A stretch of 35,380 nucleotides of DNA from Thermoplasmata archaeon. GTDB lineage: Archaea > Thermoplasmatota > Thermoplasmata > Lutacidiplasmatales > UBA184. The stretch is taken from contig JASHYB010000080.1 of assembly GCA_030043255.1 (NCBI GenBank), positions 1-35,380 of the forward strand, read 5' to 3'. The first letter of the stretch is position 1. Every line of letters begins with the position of its first letter. The position numbers and the translations under genes are program-made. Of the stretch, positions 17,935-27,242 are shown piece by piece. The notes beneath the pieces were generated by a model. The model searched no databases. It worked only from the letters and a program-made list of their open reading frames with translations, and was not told where the DNA came from.

Positions 17935-19254
17935 ATGCGGATGACGACGTACATCGTGCGCCGTTGCCTGCTGTTGGTCCCGGTGCTGCTCGGCGTGATC
18001 ACGATCGTCTTCGTGCTGTTCCACGCGCTCCCGATCCAGGACCAGCTCACCGCGCACTTCGGCAACCCGCCAAAGACCCGGCCCTGCGCGTACATGCCGA
18101 GTTGTCCGTGCAAAGACGAGACCCCGACCAACGCGCTGGGCAGCGGCAACACCTGCCACTGCATCGGCAGCAACGTCACCGTCACGAAAGAGACGTTGTG
18201 CACCGACCCGATCTGGACTCACGACACGACCCTGTTGGGCCTCAACCAGCCGGTCTGGACCCAGTGGGCGAACTACACCTACCGCGCGCTGACCTTCCAC
18301 TGGGGGCGGATCGAGAACGAGAGTACGCTCGGTTCGACGATCTCCCTGTTCAAGAACATGAAGGTCACGACCGCCATCCGCATCTTCCTGCCCTACACCC
18401 TCGAGCTCGCGGCGCTCTCGCTCACCATCATCCTGGCGATCGCGCTGCCGCTGGGCAACCTCGCGGCGGCGAACCGCAACCGGCCGATCGACCAGGTCTC
18501 CCGGGTGATCTCGTTCAGCGGGTTCGCCCTGCCGGCGTTCCTGTTAGGTTCGCTCGCGGTCATCGGCTTCGTCTTACTGCTCTCGCCGGCGCTGGGCACG
18601 ACCATCCATCCGCCCTGGTGTCCGGCGGGCGAGACGCTGTCGAACCAGTTCCTGAACTCGTGGCCGCAGACCGGCTCGAGCGCGCTGACCCCCAACTGTT
18701 ACGGGGTGGGCGTGCAGGAGGCCGCCCGCAACAATCCGTACCCGTCCTGGCTGATCCTCGGCTACCAGTCGACGCCCACCGGGTTCCCCACGATCGACGC
18801 GGCCTATCACGGGGACTGGTGGCTGGCGCTGGACACGGTCCTGCAGATCATGCTGCCGGCGCTCGTCATCGCCTTCGGGACGATCGCCACCGTCCTGCGG
18901 TTCGTCCGCAACAGCATGCTGGAGGTGATGAACCTCGACTTCGTCCGGACCGCCCGGGCGAAGGGGGTGCCCGAACGTACGGTGATCAAACGCCACGCCG
19001 GACGCAATTCGCTCAACGTCACCGTCACCGTGCTCGGCCTGACCTTCGCGGGGTTCCTCGGAGGGTTCCCCGTGATCGAGTCGGTCTTCCATCTGTGGGG
19101 GGTCGGCTACATGCTCGCCATCGCGATCGTCCCGCCGCTCAGCTACGCGATGATCCTCGGCTCGACGGTCCTGTTCACCTACCTGGTCGTCGCCGCGAAC
19201 CTGATCGTCGACATCCTGTACGCCTACTTGGACCCGAGGGTCCGCCTCGGCTGA
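17935..19254 (+). CDS. Peptide/nickel ABC transporter permease (OppB/DppB-like)
   Basis: YIVRRCLLLVPVLLGVITIVF start, PYTLELA, RFVRNSMLEVMNLDFVRTARAKG (EAA loop), VIESVF, NLIVDILYAYLDPRVR. Confidence 0.95.
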   Translation: MRMTTYIVRRCLLLVPVLLGVITIVFVLFHALPIQDQLTAHFGNPPKTRPCAYMPSCPCKDETPTNALGSGNTCHCIGSNVTVTKETLCTDPIWTHDTTLLGLNQPVWTQWANYTYRALTFHWGRIENESTLGSTISLFKNMKVTTAIRIFLPYTLELAALSLTIILAIALPLGNLAAANRNRPIDQVSRVISFSGFALPAFLLGSLAVIGFVLLLSPALGTTIHPPWCPAGETLSNQFLNSWPQTGSSALTPNCYGVGVQEAARNNPYPSWLILGYQSTPTGFPTIDAAYHGDWWLALDTVLQIMLPALVIAFGTIATVLRFVRNSMLEVMNLDFVRTARAKGVPERTVIKRHAGRNSLNVTVTVLGLTFAGFLGGFPVIESVFHLWGVGYMLAIAIVPPLSYAMILGSTVLFTYLVVAANLIVDILYAYLDPRVRLG

Positions 19255-19264
19255 GGGGGGTCGG

Positions 19265-20476
19265 ATGGCGTCGTCGAGCTCGGCCCCCACCGCCCTTCCG
19301 CCGCGACGCCGGCCCCACCCGAAGCTCGACCAGGCGAAGCGGAGCTGGTACTTCTTCCGCCGCAACACGCTGGCGCTGATCGGCCTCGCGATCCTGGTCA
19401 TCATCGCCGGGGTCGCCGCGTACGCGGCGACCCAGAAGATCCCCTGGACGGCGATCCCCAGCGAGTGCGTGACCGACTACGGGCCCGGCAACCCGTCCTC
19501 CGGCTACCCCGGCCCGTACAACAACAGCGGCTGCGGGAACTTCCAGCTCGCCTGCACCTACTCGAACACCCCGCCGCCGAACGCGGCCGACTACTGCAGC
19601 GGGGAGTGGTACAAGCAACCGTACCCGTACGAGCCGGCGCTCGTGCCGCCGACCTGGACCCTGAAGCCGTTCTCCGCCGGGCCGCTGCCGATGGGCGGGA
19701 TGACGCCGTTCCAGGGCCAAGGGCTCGAAGGATCGTTCATCTACAACCTGTACAACGCGATGCTCCGCGGCTCGGACTGGTCGCTGATGTTCTCCGTCGG
19801 GATCGTCGGCATCGGGGCGCTGATCGGCCTGATGGTCGGCGCGGTCGCCGGCTACTACGGCGGGATCCTGGACGACGTGCTGATGCGGCTCGTCGACATC
19901 TTCCTGTCGGTCCCGTTCATCCTGTTCGTCATCGTCATCGTGCTGGTCGTCAGCGCCGACGTCCATAGCCTGTTCGGCCTCACCCAGGCGTACACGACGC
20001 TGCTGTTGCTCGTGCTCTCCTTCGCGGCGGTCTGGTGGCCGTTCTACGGCCGCCTGGTCCGCGGCCAGGTGCTGGTCGTCCGCGAGCAGAAGTACGTCGA
20101 GGCGGCGCGGGCGAGCGGCGCCTCCAAGGGCCGGATTCTGTTCAAGCACATTGTGCCGAACAGCGTCTACCCGATCCTGATCCAGTTCTCGCTGGACGTC
20201 GGCACCGTCCCGCTCCTGCTCGGCTCGCTCGCCTACCTCGGCTTCGGCAAGTTCCTGTTCCCGTCGGCGAACTTCCCGGAGTGGGGGAACCTGGCGAGCA
20301 TCGGGGTCACGCCGATGACCGACATCGTCACCAGCTGCACCACCGGGGTGCTGGCCTGCGATCTGCCCTGGTGGCAGCTGTTCTTCCCGGGGCTCGCGCT
20401 GTTCATGTTCTCGCTCAGCGTGAACATGCTCTCGGACGGCCTGCGCGATGCCTACGACCCGCGGCTGCGCCGCTAG
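19265..20476 (+). CDS. Peptide/nickel ABC transporter permease (OppC/DppC-like)
   Basis: GYYGGILDDVLMRLVDIFLSVP, RGQVLVVREQKYVEAARASGAS..ILFKHIVPN, PEWG, DGLRDAYDPRLR. Confidence 0.95.
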   Translation: MASSSSAPTALPPRRRPHPKLDQAKRSWYFFRRNTLALIGLAILVIIAGVAAYAATQKIPWTAIPSECVTDYGPGNPSSGYPGPYNNSGCGNFQLACTYSNTPPPNAADYCSGEWYKQPYPYEPALVPPTWTLKPFSAGPLPMGGMTPFQGQGLEGSFIYNLYNAMLRGSDWSLMFSVGIVGIGALIGLMVGAVAGYYGGILDDVLMRLVDIFLSVPFILFVIVIVLVVSADVHSLFGLTQAYTTLLLLVLSFAAVWWPFYGRLVRGQVLVVREQKYVEAARASGASKGRILFKHIVPNSVYPILIQFSLDVGTVPLLLGSLAYLGFGKFLFPSANFPEWGNLASIGVTPMTDIVTSCTTGVLACDLPWWQLFFPGLALFMFSLSVNMLSDGLRDAYDPRLRR

Positions 20477-20615
20477 GTCCAGCGACGGACGGCCGGGATC
20501 GAGCGGTCCGGATCGTGGGACCCGAAGGGTAAGCGTGCAGTCCCCGGACGGCCGCTGAGCGCGGACCTCGACGTCGTGGGGGCCGGCCCGCCGCCCGACC
20601 GACCCGCGGAGCGAC

Positions 20616-22451
20616 TCACGCCGGGATCGGGGCCGGTTCGACCGGCACCGCGGTCGCCTCGGCGGTGGCCTCGAGCGGCTCGTTGTAGAGGTGGCAGGCG
20701 ACCATGTGGTCCTCCCCCTGCTCCAGCGGGATCGGACGGACCTCCCGGCAGATCGGCATCGCGTACGGGCAGCGGGGGTGGAACCGGCAGCCGGGCGGGG
20801 GATGGATCAGGTTCGGGACCGAGCCGGGGATCGACGCGAGGTCCTTGCCCGGCTGGTCGAACCGGGGGATGGAGGCCAGCAGCCCCTGGGTGTACGGGTG
20901 CAGCGGCCGCCGGAACATCTCCTGGACGGTGCCGCGCTCGACGACCACCCCGGCGTACATCACGTTCACCCGGTCGCAGACCTCGGCGACGACGCCGAGG
21001 TCGTGGGTGATCAGGACGATCGCGGTCCCGACGCGCTCGCGCAGGTTGCGCATCAGCTCGAGGATCTGGGCCTGGATGGTCACGTCCAGCGCGGTCGTCG
21101 GCTCGTCCGCTAGCAACAGGCCGGGCTCGCTGGACAGTGCCATGGCGATCATCGCGCGCTGGAGCATGCCGCCGGAGAGCTCGTGCGGGTAGCCCTTGGC
21201 GACCTGCACCGGGTTGGCGATCCGCACCCCCTCCAGCAGCTCGACGGTGCGCCAGAACATCTCCTTCTTCAGCGGCTTTTCGAACCACCCGCGGATCCAC
21301 GGCAACCGCAGGTAGAAGTGCCCCCACCGCTCGAACAGCATCCGCACGCCGAGCCGGCGTCGCGCGAACGCCTGGCTCTTCTGCTGGACCATCTCGCGCA
21401 GGTAGACGTCCTTGAGCGCCTGCTCGAGGATCGCCAGCCGCCGGCGGTGGCGGAGGTAGCGCCGCTGCCAGCTGCTGAGATGGACCCGGAGCAGCGCGCG
21501 CTCGACGCGGCGCTGGCGGCGCGCGGCCCCCGGGCCCGCGTCGGCGAGCAGGTAGTACACCTCGGTGGCCAGCGTCGGCAGCCCGGCCCGATCGGCGAGC
21601 GCCTTCGCGGCGACCCTGAGCTCCTCCCGGTTCCCGGCGGCCGCCAGCACGGCGGCGATCTCCGCCGACGCCCAGGAGAGCCGCGAGCCCGGCTCGCCGG
21701 ACTCGTTGGTCAACTGCTCGTGACCGAGGTCCTTCGGCACGGCAAACGACGCGTCCGCCCGCAGCAGGCCCTCCAGGACCTCGACGCCGCGGTGCATCAG
21801 GACCGCCTCGCCGAGCTGGTCGGAGATGGAGAAGACCGGGTTCATCGCCTGCGACGGCTCCTGGAAGATCATGCCGACGCGCTTGCCCCGGACGGCGCTC
21901 ATCCGGTCGTTCGCCTCGCGGATGCGGCGGAACCGGCGCTTCACCTTCACGCGCCCGGTCTTGCCGATCTTGCGGAACTTCGCCTCGCGCTCGAGGCCCC
22001 AGAGCAGGTTCGCGCCGTTGACCAGGACCTTGCCGGAGATGACCATGCCGGGCTCGGCGATCAGCCGGGTGACGCTGAACGCGGTGACGCTCTTGCCGCA
22101 GCCGGTCTCGCCGACGATGCCGGTTGTCTCGCGGGCCCGCGCCTGCAGGTTGATCCCGTCGATCGCGCGGACGACGCCGTCGTAGGTGAAGAAGTAGGTC
22201 TTCAGGCCCTCGACGTCCAGCACGATGTCGTGGCCCGGCCGGTACCGGCTGGCCGGTCGCTCCTGCGGGGTCGCGGGCGCGCCGGCGACCGGCCGGGCGC
22301 TCGGCGCCGAACGCCGGGCCCCGCCGGCCCGGCTGAAGCCGAAGTCCCGGTGGCCGCGGCTCGGGCGGGACCTCGCGTACGGGGTCGTGTCGGTCTCGAC
22401 GGCCCCGTTGGTCGCGTTCAACGCCGGGGCCCCGCCTGCGGGACGGCCCAC
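20616..22451 (-). CDS. Peptide ABC transporter ATPase (OppD/DppD-like) with large insertions
   Basis: Walker [10 protein letters not shown]-loop IFQEP, signature LSGGMLQR, Walker [16 protein letters not shown]-terminal [13 protein letters not shown]. Start uncertain (GTG 22451 or TTG 22421). Confidence 0.93.
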   Translation of the reverse strand: MGRPAGGAPALNATNGAVETDTTPYARSRPSRGHRDFGFSRAGGARRSAPSARPVAGAPATPQERPASRYRPGHDIVLDVEGLKTYFFTYDGVVRAIDGINLQARARETTGIVGETGCGKSVTAFSVTRLIAEPGMVISGKVLVNGANLLWGLEREAKFRKIGKTGRVKVKRRFRRIREANDRMSAVRGKRVGMIFQEPSQAMNPVFSISDQLGEAVLMHRGVEVLEGLLRADASFAVPKDLGHEQLTNESGEPGSRLSWASAEIAAVLAAAGNREELRVAAKALADRAGLPTLATEVYYLLADAGPGAARRQRRVERALLRVHLSSWQRRYLRHRRRLAILEQALKDVYLREMVQQKSQAFARRRLGVRMLFERWGHFYLRLPWIRGWFEKPLKKEMFWRTVELLEGVRIANPVQVAKGYPHELSGGMLQRAMIAMALSSEPGLLLADEPTTALDVTIQAQILELMRNLRERVGTAIVLITHDLGVVAEVCDRVNVMYAGVVVERGTVQEMFRRPLHPYTQGLLASIPRFDQPGKDLASIPGSVPNLIHPPPGCRFHPRCPYAMPICREVRPIPLEQGEDHMVACHLYNEPLEATAEATAVPVEPAPIPA

Positions 22452-22558
22452 CGTCGCAGCGCGGCGACGGTCGACCCACCTGGAACGGCGCCCGGTGCCT
22501 GGAACGAGGTCATATCCGCCGCCGCCCTCCCGGGGGCGGAACCCACGAACGCCCGGCT

Positions 22559-22579
22559 CCTATTTAGAACTTAAATAGG
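22559..22579. promoter_or_regulatory. AT-rich perfect inverted repeat (operator-like and/or TATA for the ATPase gene)
   Basis: CCTATTTA-gaact-TAAATAGG, 8-bp arms with 5-nt spacer, between divergent genes. Confidence 0.55.
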
Positions 22580-22698
22580 CCGTTCCCGCGCGGGAACGAG
22601 GTCCCGAAGTACCCGCGCGACGGGCGCCTTCCGTCGGGACCGCGGGCCCGCCGGAAGGGCAGCTTCCGGCGAGGGCCCGCTAGCCCTCCGACATACCC

Positions 22699-22704
22699 TT
22701 AATA
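22699..22704 (+). promoter_or_regulatory. TATA-like box for the beta-propeller gene
   Basis: TTAATA ~33 nt upstream of ATG 22737. Confidence 0.55.
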
Positions 22705-22736
22705 CCGACTTCTGGCCTTCGGGGCCGACGGCATCG

Positions 22737-24707
22737 ATGCGGGCCTCCTCGCGCTGGCTGCGCGGCGGCGCCACCTTCGTGGCGGCCTTGCTCCTCCTGA
22801 CGGTGGGCGGGACCGCCGTCGGGCGGATCGCGAGCCTGCTGCCCGGCAGCGGCGCCGGGGCCTCCAACGGGCCCGCCGGCCTGCCGAGCGGCTACCGGAC
22901 CGTCGTGCCGACGGTGCTGAGCGGCCAGGTGGGGCTGGCCGTCGGGGTCGGCGGGGCCCCCGCGGGGGTCGTCTACGACCCGCGCGTCGCCTCGCTCTAC
23001 GTCGTGAACTCGGCGAGCGACAACGTCACGGTGCTGTCGGCGGTCAGCGGAACGGTCCTGGGCTCGGTCCCCGTCGGGAGCGACCCGGTCGGGATCGCCT
23101 ACGCCCCGCAGGTGCACGAGCTGTACGTCGCGAACTCCGGTTCGGACGACGTGACCGTGATCTCCGACGCCACCAACACGGTGGTGGCGACGATCCCGGT
23201 CGGCGTCGCGCCGGTGAGCCTGTACTACGACGCGTTCAACCGCGAGGTGTACGTCGCCGACTCCGGCTCGGCGAACCTCACGGTGATCTCCGCCGCCCAC
23301 GACAAGGTCGTCGGGAACGACTCGACCGGCGCCGGCCCGTCCGGCATCGCGTTCGTCCCCTCGACGCAGGAGCTGTTCGTCAGCGACGCGCTCGCCAACG
23401 CGGTCACCGTGCTGGGCGCCCGGGCCGGGCGGGTCCTGCACTCCATCCCGGTCGGCAGCGACCCGACCGGCGTCCTTTACGACCCGGTCGCGCGCGACGT
23501 CGTGGTCGCCGACTCGGAAGGGGCGCGGCTGTCGATCCTCTCCGGGGTGAGCGACGACCTGCTCGGCTCCGTGGGCCTCTCCAGCGACCCGGCCCAGGTC
23601 GTCCTGGACCCGTCGACCTCCGAGCTGTTCGTCTCCGACCCGGCGGCGGACAACCTGACCGTGCTCTCCGCGAAGAACTTCACCGTCATCGCCACCGTGC
23701 CCGTGGGGGTCTCCCCGCAGGGGCTCGCGTACGACAAGTCGGCCCACGAGATCGTGGTCGCCGACGCCGGGGCGAACGACGTCACCGAGATCTCCGACTC
23801 CACGCCGTCGGTCCTGCGCTCGCTCTCGGTCGGGCTGCTGCCGCAGGGGGACGCGTACGACTCCGGTGCCCACGAGGTGTTCGTCACCGACGCCGGCTCC
23901 GGCTCGGTCACGATCCTGAGCAGCCGCAGCGACAGCGTCGTGGCGACGCTGTCGGTCGGCTCGGACCCGGACGCGGCGACCTACGTCGCGGGGGAGCACG
24001 AGGTGTTTGTGGCGAACCTCGGCGCCGGCACCCTGAGCGTGATCTCCGACCAGAAGAACCAGGTGGTGGCGACGATCGACGTCGGCGGCGGACCGACCGC
24101 GCTCGCCTACGACCCGTCCACGCACGAGCTGTTCGTCGCCGACAGTCCAGTGAACAACGTGAGCGTCGTCTCGGTCGTCACCGACCAGGTGGTGGCGTCG
24201 GTGCCGGTCGGCATGACCCCCGAAGCGCTCGCCTACGACCCGTCCGGCCACGTGATGTATGTGGCGAACGTCGGCTCCTCCTCGCTCAGCTTGGTCGGCG
24301 GGTCCGCGAAGGCGCCCCGGGTCGAGGCGACCGTGTACATCGGGGGCGGTCCCTCGGCGCTGGCCTACGACAGCACCCAGCGGACGATGCTGGTCGCCTC
24401 CTACTCGAGCGGCAACATCTCGGAGATCGGCGGGCCGCAGCACGCGGTCCTGGCGACCTACTCGGTCGGCTCCGGCGCGGAGCCGGTCGGCCTGGCCTAC
24501 GACCCGGCGCAGCACGAGGTGTTCGTCGCCGACTCCGGGACGGAGAACGTCTCGGTGCTCTCGCTGCCCAGCGGCCGGGTGATCTCGCTGCTGGAGGTCG
24601 GCAGCGACCCGGAGGGGCTGGCCTACGACGCCCAGCAGGCGGAGATCTTCGTGACCACCTTCAACACCGGCAACGTGACGGTGCTGTCCGACACGATCCC
24701 GAAGTGA
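22737..24707 (+). CDS. Exported YVTN/YncE-type beta-propeller repeat protein (14 repeats)
   Basis: N-terminal signal/TM, then 14 ~42-aa repeats VPVGSDPxG(I/L)AYDPxxHE(L/V)(Y/F)VA(N/D)SGSxxVTV(I/L)S. Confidence 0.92.
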   Translation: MRASSRWLRGGATFVAALLLLTVGGTAVGRIASLLPGSGAGASNGPAGLPSGYRTVVPTVLSGQVGLAVGVGGAPAGVVYDPRVASLYVVNSASDNVTVLSAVSGTVLGSVPVGSDPVGIAYAPQVHELYVANSGSDDVTVISDATNTVVATIPVGVAPVSLYYDAFNREVYVADSGSANLTVISAAHDKVVGNDSTGAGPSGIAFVPSTQELFVSDALANAVTVLGARAGRVLHSIPVGSDPTGVLYDPVARDVVVADSEGARLSILSGVSDDLLGSVGLSSDPAQVVLDPSTSELFVSDPAADNLTVLSAKNFTVIATVPVGVSPQGLAYDKSAHEIVVADAGANDVTEISDSTPSVLRSLSVGLLPQGDAYDSGAHEVFVTDAGSGSVTILSSRSDSVVATLSVGSDPDAATYVAGEHEVFVANLGAGTLSVISDQKNQVVATIDVGGGPTALAYDPSTHELFVADSPVNNVSVVSVVTDQVVASVPVGMTPEALAYDPSGHVMYVANVGSSSLSLVGGSAKAPRVEATVYIGGGPSALAYDSTQRTMLVASYSSGNISEIGGPQHAVLATYSVGSGAEPVGLAYDPAQHEVFVADSGTENVSVLSLPSGRVISLLEVGSDPEGLAYDAQQAEIFVTTFNTGNVTVLSDTIPK

Positions 24708-24792
24708 GCTCCCGTGGGAACCCCCGCCAAGACGAGCCCGACGGGCGACGTGGACGCTGGGGGTAGGTCGCCGCGGGGCGGGAACGGACCGT

Positions 24793-25185
24793 TCAGACCG
24801 GGCCGTCGCCCGGGGCGGCGTGTCGGGCGGGCCGCGAGACCGGCGCCGCCTCCTGGTCGGAGGCTTCCTCGTCCTCCGACGTCTCGGCGGCCTGGCGTTC
24901 CGCCTCGCACTGCTCCTCCGTGACCCACTCGAAGTCGACGTCCTCCGGATGGTCGTGCGAGATGAACGCCCCGGCCTCGAAGGCGCTGGAGATGATCTCC
25001 TCCAGCTTCTCGGACTCGTGCGCGCCGAACGATCCGACCAGGCGCCAGAACCAGTCCGGGGCCTTGCCGGCGGCCTGCAGGAACTCCGTCACGAGGTCGT
25101 AGTAGGTCGCCCGGGGGTCGGTCAGGTGAACGTGGATGTGGCGGTCGTGGTGGCCGTCGGTCGAGTTGGACTCCGCGCGCGCCAT
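24793..25185 (-). CDS. Acidic hypothetical protein with His-rich N-terminus (130 aa)
   Basis: MARAESNSTDGHHDRHIHVHL...; TTATA box (25216-25220 on -) 30 nt upstream supports ATG 25185. Confidence 0.75.
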   Translation of the reverse strand: MARAESNSTDGHHDRHIHVHLTDPRATYYDLVTEFLQAAGKAPDWFWRLVGSFGAHESEKLEEIISSAFEAGAFISHDHPEDVDFEWVTEEQCEAERQAAETSEDEEASDQEAAPVSRPARHAAPGDGPV

Positions 25186-25466
25186 GGGTTCCGGGGTCGA
25201 AGAACGGGGGCTCACTATAACCCTTCGCGGAGCGCGGCGGGTCCCGCCCGGTGCGCCGGCGTCCCGGCCGAGGCCGGGGGCCCGCGCCGAAGAGCTGCCC
25301 TCCGTCTCCCGCCCGGTCCTTCCCGCGCCGTGGACCCGGTCCGGCCCCTGCCGGGGCCCGGGCCAGCGAGAAGGGGGTGCCTGCCAGGGCTGGGCCAGAC
25401 GCTCCCCCGCCAGGGTCCGAGAGGCACTTGGTATCCCTGCCGGAGACGGTAACCTTTGGCTGAAGG

Positions 25467-25503
25467 TTTTAATATGGGTATGTCATGGGCACGCACAGGT
25501 GGG
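25467..25503 (+). promoter_or_regulatory. TATA box and SD-like motif for the surface glycoprotein
   Basis: TTTTAATA at 25467-25474; AGGTGGG at 25497-25503 before ATG 25507. Confidence 0.55.
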
Positions 25504-25506
25504 CTG

Positions 25507-26592
25507 ATGCGTCGAGAGAGTCATCGACGAAGGGGAGTGTTTAGAGCGAGCTCGGGCGGCTGGGGCCACCGGGCGGTCTATGTCGGGGCCATCGTGGCCT
25601 CGGCGGCGCTGATTGCCGGGTTCGGCGCGGCGTTGCTCGTGTACGGACCGCTGGGGACTCCGCTGCGCCAGCTCGGGGGATCTACGCTGAACGTGCCTCC
25701 GACCGGGATCGTCTTCGGGAACGAGAGCATTGCGCTGGCGAGCCAGCTCGCGGGCAATTCCTCGTGGAACTGGACGGTCAACAACACCACGGGCGGCTTC
25801 AACGGCCCGTGTAACACGTCGGGTATCCTGAACTACAACGGTACCTACTTCGCTGGGGTCAACAACAACAGCAGCGCGCAGAACCTGTCGGCGGCCGGGA
25901 ACAGCACCACGACGGTGTGCCTGAACTCGGTCAACAACGGGGTCCTGAACGCGACGTGGTACAACTCGACGGTCAACGGGAGCGCGTTCATCTTCAACTC
26001 GTACAACGCGACCAACTGGCTGCCGACGGGGTCGTACTACAACAACACGGTCGCCAACATCTCGGCGTGCAACAACAACACGTTGTACAAGGAGATCAAC
26101 CTGACCTACGACAGCTACATCCCGTGCGACACGTACTTCGAGCAGAACAACAACACGACGTACCTGACGAGCCCCAGCGGCTCGGGGAACGCCACGGGCG
26201 GGTACAACAACTCGACCCTGTGGTCTCCGAACCAGACGGGCTACGCGCCGGGTGACGTGATCTTCAACGTGCCGGTGATCTTCACGAACGCGTCGCGCAA
26301 CGGGACGTACGCCATCGCGATCGACATCGAGGGTGCGATGCCGGTGGCGCAGGTGTTCTACATCAACGACTCGATCGGGAACACGACCGTCCAGAACGAC
26401 ACGGTCCTGTTCACGTTCGACATGACGGCGGCGTGGTTGGTCGACCTGTCGGTCGCCAACAACACCACGACCTACAACACGTCGTCTCTGGCGATCTACG
26501 GATCGATCGGGCTGGTCAGCTCGATCATCACGGAGTGCGCCACGGGGGCGCTCGGCCAGGCGGTCTGCCCGGTCGCGACCCCGGTCGTCTAA
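25507..26592 (+). CDS. Membrane-anchored Asn-rich putative surface glycoprotein
   Basis: Basic N-terminus, one TM (AVYVGAIVASAALIAGFGAALLVYG), then an ectodomain with about 33 N-X-S/T sequons (manual count) and 6 Cys. Confidence 0.85.
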   Translation: MRRESHRRRGVFRASSGGWGHRAVYVGAIVASAALIAGFGAALLVYGPLGTPLRQLGGSTLNVPPTGIVFGNESIALASQLAGNSSWNWTVNNTTGGFNGPCNTSGILNYNGTYFAGVNNNSSAQNLSAAGNSTTTVCLNSVNNGVLNATWYNSTVNGSAFIFNSYNATNWLPTGSYYNNTVANISACNNNTLYKEINLTYDSYIPCDTYFEQNNNTTYLTSPSGSGNATGGYNNSTLWSPNQTGYAPGDVIFNVPVIFTNASRNGTYAIAIDIEGAMPVAQVFYINDSIGNTTVQNDTVLFTFDMTAAWLVDLSVANNTTTYNTSSLAIYGSIGLVSSIITECATGALGQAVCPVATPVV

Positions 26593-26615
26593 GCGGGACC
26601 CAGCTGAAAGGCACC

Positions 26616-26664
26616 CCGCCCCCGGCAACGGGGGCGGAACCCCTTCCTTCCTTTCTCTTATCTT
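26616..26664 (+). terminator. Hairpin plus pyrimidine tract terminator
   Basis: CCGCCCCCG-GCAA-CGGGGGCGG (9-bp stem, GNRA loop), then CCCCTTCCTTCCTTTCTCTTATCTT. Confidence 0.7.
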
Positions 26665-26915
26665 CGGAGCACCGTGAGCGACGGTACCGGTCGAGGGCGG
26701 TCGATGCTCGCGCGAGCTCGAGGTCGGAGATCCGTCGGCCCCTCTCGCCGTAGCCCCCCGTGGCCGCCCGGGGGTCCCGACCTCAACCGATATCAGGAGC
26801 TATCCCCTAGGCTGGCTGTGCCGAACGCCCGCGGAACCCGGCCCGTTGGCTCGAGCCGGCGACTCCGCGGCCAGGGCCCGCGGAGCGGACCTGTGGCGAG
26901 CGTAGGGGGGATCTG

Positions 26916-27242
26916 ATGGCCCGCGACGACGACAACGAGCCGAGGCGTCCCTGGAAGGGCTGGCACGTCGTCGGGCGCTTCCTGCCGATGGTCGTGTTGG
27001 GAGCGGTGTTCATCGTCCTGGGGATCGCGCTGCGCGCCCCCCGTCACGGGACCTCCTTCGGGATCCTGTTCATCTGGGTGGGGGGCATCCTGGTCGTCGC
27101 CGCCGTCCTCGGGATGATGTTCACCCGTTGCCCGCTGGACTACGAGACCCGCTGGGTCGCCTGCGCCCAGGAGCCGGATGTGGTCCGGCGGCGCGGGGGG
27201 GGCTACCACCGCCGCCTGAGCGTTCCGCCCGACGAGGAGTGA
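26916..27242 (+). CDS. Two-TM hypothetical membrane protein (108 aa)
   Basis: Two hydrophobic segments; GGGGGA SD-like motif upstream; GTGA overlap with the next gene. Confidence 0.7.
   Translation: MARDDDNEPRRPWKGWHVVGRFLPMVVLGAVFIVLGIALRAPRHGTSFGILFIWVGGILVVAAVLGMMFTRCPLDYETRWVACAQEPDVVRRRGGGYHRRLSVPPDEE

Noticed and set aside
22642..22680. Resemblance to SRP RNA helix 8 (CCGGAAGG..CAG)
   Set aside because: GGAA sits in a stem rather than a tetraloop, and there is no room for a ~300-nt SRP RNA.
25225..25460. Possible ncRNA in a long GC-rich intergenic region
   Set aside because: No recognisable family motif or stem beyond GC background.
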